DNA of 32,000 nucleotides from Geobacter sulfurreducens PCA (GTDB lineage Bacteria; Desulfobacterota; Desulfuromonadia; Geobacterales; Geobacteraceae): NCBI RefSeq assembly GCF_000007985.2, contig NC_002939.5, positions 2,220,001 to 2,252,000 of the forward strand, read 5' to 3'. Shown piece by piece: positions 8,049 to 15,755 of this stretch (position 1 is its first letter; each line of letters starts with the position of its first letter). The notes under the pieces were generated by a model. It saw only the letters and a program-made list of their open reading frames with translations, ran no database searches and was not told where the DNA came from. The position numbers and the translations under genes were made by a program.

Positions 8049-8438
8049 CTACTGTGGATTGCTGATTATCGTCGAGACGCGGTGCTGGTACGTGGTCCCC
8101 CGATAATCCCATTCTACCGTCACGACGAGCTCTGTGCTGCGTCCTCCAAGATCGGAGAGGCTTCTCTTCACCGTATACTCCTTTGTGAATGCTCTCAGGT
8201 TACGATTGACCTTCAAGGTCGTTTCACCGGTAAGATTATCAAACGTCAGCCGCCGCATGCCATATACGGTTGACTCCCCAACCCGCACCGCTTCGTCCCG
8301 CAACGAATTGCGCAGATTGTGCTCCATGGAGACGTTCACCGCCTGGAGCAGCCCCAGCAGGCCCACCAGGATGATGACCGTCGCGACGAGAACCTCTATC
8401 AGGGTAAATCCTTTATCACCGGGGCCGGCAGTTCGCAC
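8049..8438 (-). CDS. pilV: Type IV pilus minor pilin PilV-like protein (129 aa)
   Basis: The prepilin motif is KG|FTLIEVLVATVIILVGLLGL. I place the start at GTG 8438, which is preceded by AGGAGGAG. The ORF-track start at 8582 would overlap fimU by 167 nt. Confidence 0.75.
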   Translation of the reverse strand: MRTAGPGDKGFTLIEVLVATVIILVGLLGLLQAVNVSMEHNLRNSLRDEAVRVGESTVYGMRRLTFDNLTGETTLKVNRNLRAFTKEYTVKRSLSDLGGRSTELVVTVEWDYRGTTYQHRVSTIISNPQ

Positions 8439-8901
8439 TGGCGCACTCTCCTCCTGGGTTGATCTTTTGTCCCAAATCGATTCGGGTCTGACTGACGATG
8501 ACACAGTCCACGATCGTTGCGCCGCTGGAGGCAAGGCAGACGGTCCGGGCGGATGACAGCGGCGTAAACCCGCGCGTATCAAAAGTTATGATGTTGTCAT
8601 GGCTCCAGGTCACGGGGGTTTTGAGTGTTTTTGTCTGGGTTACCGTCCCCGTAGCGTCGAAGGCGCTTGAGTAGTTTCTGATTACATACTGGCTGGACCC
8701 AAGGGTTATTTGGTACTGGCGCTTGCTGTGGAGCGCATCCAGCTTGGCAGAGGCGAAGTCTGCGTACATTGTCTTCATCTGGGCTTCCGCATTGTATTTC
8801 CGCGACCAATTACCGTAATCGAGGGTACCGATGGCGATAAGTATCCCGATGATCCCGATGATGACAACCAGTTCAACCAGAGAGAAGCCGCCCTGTCTCA
8901 T
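8416..8901 (-). CDS. fimU: Type IV pilus minor pilin FimU/GspH-like protein (161 aa)
   Basis: MRQGG|FSLVELVVIIGIIGILIAIG is a short prepilin leader. The start is ATG 8901, 1 nt after the pilY1 stop. Confidence 0.75.
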   Translation of the reverse strand: MRQGGFSLVELVVIIGIIGILIAIGTLDYGNWSRKYNAEAQMKTMYADFASAKLDALHSKRQYQITLGSSQYVIRNYSSAFDATGTVTQTKTLKTPVTWSHDNIITFDTRGFTPLSSARTVCLASSGATIVDCVIVSQTRIDLGQKINPGGECASANCRPR

Positions 8902-8902
8902 A

Positions 8903-11900
8903 TCACTTCTCCCTGATGTGGATGATACGCTTCTGAGGCTTGATGTTGGCATTGGTGACGATGGTCGGCTTGTTGCGCGGCGGCACCCCTTGCCGCTCGG
9001 CCGTCTTCCGGTTCAGCCTCTGGGTGAACGAGCTGCCGAGATCGATCTGTTCAAAGCTTCCCGTGGATGACTGGATGATCGCCTCACCGATGAGCTGTGA
9101 TGGAGCCAGGTAACCGCCGGTGCTGTAGTTGACCCCCCAGAGGGCCAGGTCGCCGCCGAATTTGCAGACATCGGCCGCCGGCTTGAACGAGGTGAAGAAG
9201 ATGGCGCCGTTGGGGGCCGCCACGGGGTCGGTGATGACCCTTTCGGCTCCGGCGCTGCCACTCGCCTCATCGAGCAGGACGTACCAGCCTGGGGCAGTGC
9301 CCATGCCCTGAATGCTGTCGGTCTGGTTCACCAGGTCGGTCGCCAAAACGGTCGGTGTGTTGCAGGTTGTCTTCATCTTGTTGTTCAGGTCATAGCAGGG
9401 GTCCTTGATGCCGTACAGTGCCCGTCGGCCCGCAGCGTCGTCCAGATCGCTGCCGGCCTTGTAGTAGTAGCGGCCGGAGCCGAAGAAGAGCCAGTGATTC
9501 TTGTGAGTGGTATCCTGCAACTGGGCCACGGCACTCGTCACGGGGCCGATATCATCGACCAGAGTTGCCCACCACCACTGGGCCGGATCGATATTTTCCT
9601 TGGTGAAGAGCCTCAGGACGCCTCCCTTGGTCCAGGTTCCGGTCGTGGTATCCTTGCGGACGTAACCGAGATAGACGGCATCGTCGTTATATTTTCCTGT
9701 TGTACCTGCACTCCGGTCGGTATCCAGTGTCCCGCCGGAAAGGGAACCGGCAAAGGCATTCTGGATGCCGGTATCGATGGTCCGGAGGAGTGCACCGGTC
9801 TTGAGGTCGAGAATGAACAGCTTCAGGGTCTGGGTGGATCGCCCCAGGAACTGATGGGTCTGGGTATTGATGGGACCGGTGGGACCGGAGGCCAGCACCG
9901 CGAACCAGCGGCCGTTAGTTTCCCCTCCGATCCGCACGATGGCCGGCCCCACGGTGGAGTAACCGAGGTCGGCAGACGCGAATTCCCACATGAGGGATGG
10001 CGAGGTAGGCGTGGTCACGTCCAGGGCGAAGTAGGATGAGTAGCCCACATTGGCGATGGGGGTCTTCACGCAGTCGGTGCTGGCGGAACAGGCATCGGTG
10101 GTGTTGCGCGAAGCTCCTCCCAAGCCCATGGCCCCGAGCAAAACCGTGCGCCAACTCGTTTTGTCCAGATCCAGTTCTTTGGTGGTACTATCAGTGCCGG
10201 CCTGGTAGACCGTTTGCTTTGTGCAGAGCCAGTATGCTGCGTCAGTGCAGCCAGTCCCCTCGGTCACCTCGATCGATACATCATTAAGGCTCGGGGAGGC
10301 ATCCACGTAGTAGAGGTGATCGTACTCGGGATCTGCGAGGTATTTCAGGTACGGTAATGCATTGCGCGGGATATAGGTCCACATCTCCTTGCCGAAGTCA
10401 CTGCCGGTGATGAACGAGGTTACGTCTTTCGTGGTGCCGGCCTTCAGAACGCCCAGGTTGAAGGCGTGAAGCATGCCGTCATTTGCCCCCACATAGCCCA
10501 TGCCACGGGTCTTGTACTCATTGGAATCCAAGTAGCGCTGATAGCTTGAATCTTTGTAACCAACCGGCGGGGGCAGGTGATAGCCGTTGAGCCGGGCATT
10601 GGACTGCAGGCGCGGAGTGGAGGATATGATGTCGCCGAGGCGCCAGACCCCGGTGGAACCGCCGATGGTGACGGTCCGGTTGCGGTAGCCGCTCTGCTCG
10701 GTGCCACGGATGTAGTTGATGATCTTATCCTCTTCAGTGGCGTCTGCGGCCTGGAGATTTGCCTTGAACAGATCCTTCCCGGCGGTGGTGAATACCGTGA
10801 GCTGGTCCTTGCTGGCGGCATCCCGGTAGCTGGTGTAAATGGTTCTGGGAGACGTGGAGAGATTGCGTGACCAGAGCAGGCTGCCGGCTTTCCAGAGGGC
10901 ATTTACCTGCTCGGGTTCGATGGTGTTCACATAACTGTCGCCGCTGCCGTTGCCGTCGACGTCAAGGCTGCGGTCGATCTTGGTCTTGTTGTCATTGGTA
11001 TCGAACCGGAAATCGAGGACATAGTCGGTCTTGAGCTTCAGCCTGAGGTCCTGGTCGGTGTCCTCGCGAATGCTATTGGTGTTGAGGAACGGATCGATGT
11101 AGTACCAGAACGCCTGGAGTTCGCCGGTCCAGGCCAATTCCGTCTCCGCAAAGTTCTTGCGGGGGTAGAATATGGCCTGGAGCAGCGTGGCGCCGTTGTT
11201 GTCGTTGTTGCTCAGGATGGAGGCGGCCGTACCGGATGAAACGCGGTTAAGAATATCAGTGAGGGCCTTCTGGAGCTGCTGCTCCAGTTTCAGGGGGTTT
11301 ACCACCAGGAAATAGTTGTCGGGTTCGCCGTCGCCGTCCTTGTCCCATTCACTGGCGAGATCGGGCTTCTTGTTGTTATTGGCATCGATGAACCCGCCCC
11401 ATTTGGCGGCATACCAGAGAGGACTCTTGAGCGTGCCGGTCGGGTTGCCCGAAATGGTGAACGTCTTCGACCAGTTGAGGGGAAGACCCGCAACGGTGGC
11501 GGGGGTGTCGCTGTCCGCAGACGATACGTCGCGATCACGAACGGGGAGATAGACGCCGTCTTCAGTGGTGCCGGAGATGACGAAGCCCATCACTTGGTCG
11601 ATGCTGCCGGCCGCATAGTCGGAGTTGAGCTTGATCTGGATGTTGGAGCCCAGTGAGCCGCTGCAGGCGCCAAGCCCTTGGTCGATGGCGGATTGGGTAC
11701 AGACCTCATAGGTGACGATGGCGTCCATATCGTGGTCCGCGCCCTGCTCCACGTCTTCGTAGTTGATACGGTACTTGGCGTAGATGACGTTTTTGTCGTT
11801 GTCATACTTGAGAGAGTCGATATAGAAATCCACAATCTGGTTGGAGGGGCAGTACGCCGTTGACGAGCAATTGGAAATGTGCAGGCCGTCTTCGTCCGCC

Positions 11901-14590
11901 GTGAGGGTGCACTTCTGGGCGCACGAGGCATTGATACCGTGGCTTCCGCTGACCGATTTACCAACCGGCAGGATCGACACGTGACTGTTGCCGGCTTTGA
12001 TCTTGAGATCGGCCACCGGGGATGACAGGGCAACGACAAAAGTTGAAACGTCCGGCTTGCCGGTCTTCTCCTTCATCAAGGTCAGGCCGTAATAAGCCAG
12101 GGCTGCCGAGTAGAACGATCCCCGCTTGGTGGGCTCCTCGGGGCACATGCCGCGTAACAGGCTCAGCTTGGTAACGCTTTTGGAGCTGCAGACAAAATCC
12201 GTGGTTGATCCGTTTTCGCCGACAAACCAGCTATCGCCGATGATTCCCTCGGAGGTGCCGATGGTGTCGGCCAGCTTGTTGAGCAGCGACACGCCATCGG
12301 CGCCCGCAACGCCGAGGCCGAGTTGGGGCGATGCGGCATCTTCGCTGAAGTATGTACCGTCAGTCTTTTTGAAGGAGCTGCCGGGAATCTGATCCGAGTC
12401 GTAACTGGGGTTGATGTCGCTCAGAATCAGCATGAACGGCTTGGCGCACGGGGGATAGATGTCATAAAGCTGATACGTTGTGCTCCCCTTGCTGTACCCC
12501 CAACTGGGCTTGGACAGCGAAAGCCCCGAATCCGCAGGCGTCGTATAGGTGAACTCGGTTGTAGGCGCCCCTTTGCCGGCAAAGTAGCGGAGGCTCTCGT
12601 ACATCATTTCGGCAATGGGGTTGCCCCACATGCGGCATTCCCCCTCGTTCAGGGGCCGGTCGGTGATCCAGCCGCAGGAACCACCGCTTGCGTCCTGGTA
12701 GGACTGGTCCGTGTACCGGAAGCCGATGGTCTTGAGCCGGTCCAGGGTGATCATGATGTTGCCCTGGACATTCTCTGAGGTCTGGAAGATGCCGTTGTTG
12801 GCGTTGGTCTCGTCCAGGATGCTGCCGATGTTCTTGCGCAGGACGCCGCCGCTCAGGTTCTTGGTATAGGAGTCGGTGAACATGCCGAAATACATGGGGG
12901 ACTTATAGATGCAAAGTCCCTCGCCCGCGCCGCAGTCACTGTCGCTGGTACAGCTTTTGGCCAGTGTACGGGAACAGACCTTGGCCCCCTCCCCCTCGCC
13001 GAACTTCTGCAGAAGCCCCACCGGCTTGAAGGTGCCCGCGTAGTCCTTGCAGTTCGTCTCCCGGCCGCTTGCCAGGTCATCCTTCTTGCCGGTCGGCCGA
13101 TTGTCGGGCGAGACGGACTTGCAGACTTCCACCTGGACCGTGTAGTCGGTGGGGGCACCGAGGGACGAATCGCAAACGGGGCGTTCCTTGGAAACCCACT
13201 CCCAGATCCGGTTCTCCTTATTCCCAAGGAAGCGCAGGATCGGGGTACCACCGTCGGAGAGAGTCGTGCTGCAGAAAAGATGCTGCTTCGGAGTAGTCCC
13301 GACTTTTGGTTTGCCGGTCTCAATGAAGGAGCGGTCCTTGAGCGTGCACTCGGCCCCGGCGGGAATGGTCGGAGCCCGCAGCGTGAGGGTTGAGCTGCCG
13401 AAAAGCACCCACGGATCGCTCGATTGGGTTTTACTGGGCTTCTTGTACCACACCTTGACGCCGTCCTGGCCAGACTTCTCGGAGTGGCGGGCGATAAGCC
13501 GCCAATAACCGGTAGTGTTGAGATTGATGGTGCCTGAGTTCGTCTGACAGTTGCAGGCCGAATTGCAGCCGTAACGGGATGCCACTATGGTGCTGGCGTC
13601 GCCGGCAGGGTTGATGATTTCGAGTTCGACGCCATCGTCGCCATCAATGGCAAACATCCAGTTCCCCTTGTCCGACTTGGAAACACTGAATTCCGCCAGT
13701 GCCAGATAATTGAACTGATCGCCATGATCCGCAGCGGGGTTGAGAATGGCATCACCAAAGGTGGCGACATAGACCGGGAAGCCGGCAACCAGGTTGGCTG
13801 GCTCATATGAACTGATGAGATCGGTGGAATCACTCCCGCACGAGAAGTTGGAGTGGGTATATTTGGCAACGAGGATTTTACCGGTTGTATCCCATTTGAT
13901 GCTGGACGTAAAGGAACAGGCCGTACCGGTATCTGAGGCGGTGATACCGATCAGGTTGACCGACTTGTCAACGCAGGTATAGCCCGTATCGCAGTCAGAA
14001 TCGAACTGGCACATATCCGTATAGTTGGTGCCGTTTGAGCAGAGCCTGCCAGTGACTTCCTTGCCCCAGCTGTGGGCATCCTGGGGAACGTAGACACGCT
14101 CGAGATAGGTGGCGGTATTGCTGTCAGCCGAGCGCTGGCCGCCGAACAGCACTTTTTTGAGCACATCCATCCGGGACATGGTCAGCCAGTTGAGGATGTT
14201 GCCGCTCCACTGGCCCGAGGAGCAGAACTTGTCGGCCGTCGTGGAGACGGGGGTGTACTTGTCGTTGGAGCCTGACCCGCCCGAGTGGGTGTAGCACTTG
14301 TAGGGATCGAAATAGCCGTAGTAATCGATGGAATGCTTGTAGGTGGTGTCGAGGCGCCCGTCGTCATCCAGGTCATTGGCGTCGTTGTAGGCCTCGTAAT
14401 AGAGCTTGTGCTCCCTGCCCACCTCGAACATGACGAGAGGGGGAACGCTTTGGCTCACAAAGGGGGGCTGAATGCAGTAATCGTTCATGGTTGCGGCTGC
14501 AGCGCCATCGCCTCCCGCAGCCAACAGAAGAGTCAACAGCGCAGCCAGGCCGGCCGGCCTCGCGCAACCGAGCACAGACGACTGTCTCAT
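8903..14590 (-). CDS. pilY1: Giant PilY1-family type IV pilus tip adhesin / biogenesis factor (about 1,895 aa)
   Basis: There is a signal peptide followed by YCIQPPFV. The C-terminal PilY1/PilC beta-propeller hallmark GANDGMLHAFN is at aa 1371-1381. DxDxDG-type loops are present (DKDGDGEPDN, DVDGNGSGDS). A PA14-like insert covers aa 283-388. The gene sits immediately upstream of fimU-pilVWX. ATG 14590 overlaps the stop of the preceding ORF (ATGA). The track's start at 14599 is a GTG. Confidence 0.9.
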   Translation of the reverse strand: MRQSSVLGCARPAGLAALLTLLLAAGGDGAAAATMNDYCIQPPFVSQSVPPLVMFEVGREHKLYYEAYNDANDLDDDGRLDTTYKHSIDYYGYFDPYKCYTHSGGSGSNDKYTPVSTTADKFCSSGQWSGNILNWLTMSRMDVLKKVLFGGQRSADSNTATYLERVYVPQDAHSWGKEVTGRLCSNGTNYTDMCQFDSDCDTGYTCVDKSVNLIGITASDTGTACSFTSSIKWDTTGKILVAKYTHSNFSCGSDSTDLISSYEPANLVAGFPVYVATFGDAILNPAADHGDQFNYLALAEFSVSKSDKGNWMFAIDGDDGVELEIINPAGDASTIVASRYGCNSACNCQTNSGTINLNTTGYWRLIARHSEKSGQDGVKVWYKKPSKTQSSDPWVLFGSSTLTLRAPTIPAGAECTLKDRSFIETGKPKVGTTPKQHLFCSTTLSDGGTPILRFLGNKENRIWEWVSKERPVCDSSLGAPTDYTVQVEVCKSVSPDNRPTGKKDDLASGRETNCKDYAGTFKPVGLLQKFGEGEGAKVCSRTLAKSCTSDSDCGAGEGLCIYKSPMYFGMFTDSYTKNLSGGVLRKNIGSILDETNANNGIFQTSENVQGNIMITLDRLKTIGFRYTDQSYQDASGGSCGWITDRPLNEGECRMWGNPIAEMMYESLRYFAGKGAPTTEFTYTTPADSGLSLSKPSWGYSKGSTTYQLYDIYPPCAKPFMLILSDINPSYDSDQIPGSSFKKTDGTYFSEDAASPQLGLGVAGADGVSLLNKLADTIGTSEGIIGDSWFVGENGSTTDFVCSSKSVTKLSLLRGMCPEEPTKRGSFYSAALAYYGLTLMKEKTGKPDVSTFVVALSSPVADLKIKAGNSHVSILPVGKSVSGSHGINASCAQKCTLTADEDGLHISNCSSTAYCPSNQIVDFYIDSLKYDNDKNVIYAKYRINYEDVEQGADHDMDAIVTYEVCTQSAIDQGLGACSGSLGSNIQIKLNSDYAAGSIDQVMGFVISGTTEDGVYLPVRDRDVSSADSDTPATVAGLPLNWSKTFTISGNPTGTLKSPLWYAAKWGGFIDANNNKKPDLASEWDKDGDGEPDNYFLVVNPLKLEQQLQKALTDILNRVSSGTAASILSNNDNNGATLLQAIFYPRKNFAETELAWTGELQAFWYYIDPFLNTNSIREDTDQDLRLKLKTDYVLDFRFDTNDNKTKIDRSLDVDGNGSGDSYVNTIEPEQVNALWKAGSLLWSRNLSTSPRTIYTSYRDAASKDQLTVFTTAGKDLFKANLQAADATEEDKIINYIRGTEQSGYRNRTVTIGGSTGVWRLGDIISSTPRLQSNARLNGYHLPPPVGYKDSSYQRYLDSNEYKTRGMGYVGANDGMLHAFNLGVLKAGTTKDVTSFITGSDFGKEMWTYIPRNALPYLKYLADPEYDHLYYVDASPSLNDVSIEVTEGTGCTDAAYWLCTKQTVYQAGTDSTTKELDLDKTSWRTVLLGAMGLGGASRNTTDACSASTDCVKTPIANVGYSSYFALDVTTPTSPSLMWEFASADLGYSTVGPAIVRIGGETNGRWFAVLASGPTGPINTQTHQFLGRSTQTLKLFILDLKTGALLRTIDTGIQNAFAGSLSGGTLDTDRSAGTTGKYNDDAVYLGYVRKDTTTGTWTKGGVLRLFTKENIDPAQWWWATLVDDIGPVTSAVAQLQDTTHKNHWLFFGSGRYYYKAGSDLDDAAGRRALYGIKDPCYDLNNKMKTTCNTPTVLATDLVNQTDSIQGMGTAPGWYVLLDEASGSAGAERVITDPVAAPNGAIFFTSFKPAADVCKFGGDLALWGVNYSTGGYLAPSQLIGEAIIQSSTGSFEQIDLGSSFTQRLNRKTAERQGVPPRNKPTIVTNANIKPQKRIIHIREK

Positions 14591-14889
14591 CTTTTCCACC
14601 TCTCGATGATGATCTCATTTACCAGGTTGCCCATGGCACGCACGGTGACGGAATTGCCGACGCTGATGTAGCTGCGGCTGGCCCGCTCTTCGAAATAGGC
14701 GCCATTGCGCTTATCCTGGACAACGATTTTTGCCTTCGGTGCAATGGTGAAAACCTTATCATCGATTTTGATCGTGTCGCCGGAAATGCCCAAAACCGTC
14801 CCGTTCATGTACGTATGATGGGTGAGCGCCGTGGTTTCGGATGTCCAGAAGAGCAGCACGACCGCGCAAAGTGTCAACCAGAGCTTCAT
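14587..14889 (-). CDS. Small secreted protein of unknown function (100 aa), translationally coupled to pilY1
   Basis: The signal peptide is MKLWLTLCAVVLLFWTSETTA. The mature part is beta-rich (GTVLGISGDTIKIDDKVFTIAPKAKIVV). GGAGG lies 8 nt upstream of the ATG. There is an ATGA overlap with pilY1. Confidence 0.65.
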   Translation of the reverse strand: MKLWLTLCAVVLLFWTSETTALTHHTYMNGTVLGISGDTIKIDDKVFTIAPKAKIVVQDKRNGAYFEERASRSYISVGNSVTVRAMGNLVNEIIIERWKR

Positions 14890-14933
14890 AATAGTTCCTC
14901 CGCCGATGCTTAACGGACTGTCTGCAGTGTTTT

Positions 14934-14949
14934 AGCAATTTTCACGCCA
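14934..14949 (-). promoter_or_regulatory. Candidate sigma-54 (-24/-12) promoter of the small-ORF/pilY1/minor-pilin operon
   Basis: The minus strand reads TGGCGTGAAAATTGCT with GG/GC spacing identical to the consensus. The -12 element is about 44 nt upstream of ATG 14889. An NtrC-type activator is encoded 0.8 kb upstream. Confidence 0.55.
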
Positions 14950-15013
14950 TAATCTCTCAGCAATATCAGTAAAGAAACAATGTGAATTCAATCTGTTTCC
15001 CCTGATCCATTCG

Positions 15014-15052
15014 CAAGAAAAAAGAAAAGCTATGCAACATTTGCATAGCTTT
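15014..15052 (-). terminator. Intrinsic terminator after the FimT-like gene
   Basis: A perfect 12-bp stem AAAGCTATGCAA / TTGCATAGCTTT (15026-15037 / 15041-15052) has a 3-nt loop. On the minus strand it is followed by TCTTTTTTCTT. It lies 25 nt past the stop at 15077. Confidence 0.7.
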
Positions 15053-15076
15053 CATGTTCCCGACACACGATTTATG

Positions 15077-15667
15077 TCACTTCTTTACCCAGCGTGTTCC
15101 GTCCCACCGGTGCAGGGTGCAGGAGAAATCCGACGCATTGAAGACCATCGCCATAGCGCTGCCGGACGTGGCGGACTGGATATAGATACTGCCGGCTTTA
15201 CCGACAAGACCCTCATCGCTGGCGAACCTGTTGTCCTTGAATGCAATGCCGTCATCTGTTTCGGCAAGCTTTGGGACAGGCCCCCGGTCTCCATAACCGA
15301 AGCTGAGGCCGCCTCCTTTGCTGGAGAGGCTGAGCTCCCTGACAAACTGCTCATCCCCGGTTTCCCACTTACCATCAGCCCCTTTACCGGAATACAGAGC
15401 CGCCCGCCCGTTGGCGGAATCAAACGCAATGGCGCACTCCTTGTCCTGGATGCTCAGCAGTTTGGCATCCTTGAACAGATCCTTGAGTTCCCAGACCGCG
15501 GCCTTGAGGCAGTAGTCGGCGTACAGACTGCTGAACGCAGGCACGGCAATGACGCTCAGGACACAGATGATTGCCACCACCACGAGCAGTTCGAGCAGCG
15601 TAAAACCTCCCGTCCCCCTGCCCCCCCTCCCTGGGGACAGAATGGTGCAGGTCATCATCCCGCTCAT
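15077..15667 (-). CDS. FimT/GspH-like minor (pseudo)pilin with a long leader (196 aa)
   Basis: The prepilin motif is GG|FTLLELLVVVAIICVLSVIAVPAF. The start is set at ATG 15667, with GGAGG 8 nt upstream. The ORF-track start at 15727 would run through a terminator-like hairpin. Confidence 0.7.
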   Translation of the reverse strand: MSGMMTCTILSPGRGGRGTGGFTLLELLVVVAIICVLSVIAVPAFSSLYADYCLKAAVWELKDLFKDAKLLSIQDKECAIAFDSANGRAALYSGKGADGKWETGDEQFVRELSLSSKGGGLSFGYGDRGPVPKLAETDDGIAFKDNRFASDEGLVGKAGSIYIQSATSGSAMAMVFNASDFSCTLHRWDGTRWVKK

Positions 15668-15690
15668 CCCGGTCACCTCCCTGTGACGAT

Positions 15691-15723
15691 AAAAGGGCTC
15701 CGCAATAATTGCACAGCCCTTTT
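15691..15723 (-). terminator. Terminator-like hairpin after the sigma-54 activator gene
   Basis: The sequence is AAAAGGGCT-CC-GCAAT-A-ATTGC-AC-AGCCCTTTT. The outer stem is 9 bp, including a U-run on the minus strand. It lies 33 nt downstream of the stop at 15756. Confidence 0.5.
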
Positions 15724-15755
15724 GCATTTACAATATTTTATTAAATAATTTTACT

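Noticed and set aside
12392-12436. Possible von Willebrand A / MIDAS motif in PilY1 (FMLILSDINPSYDSD).
   Set aside because: It does not match the DxSxS MIDAS signature. I cannot support a VWA call by eye, so this is left for an HMM search.
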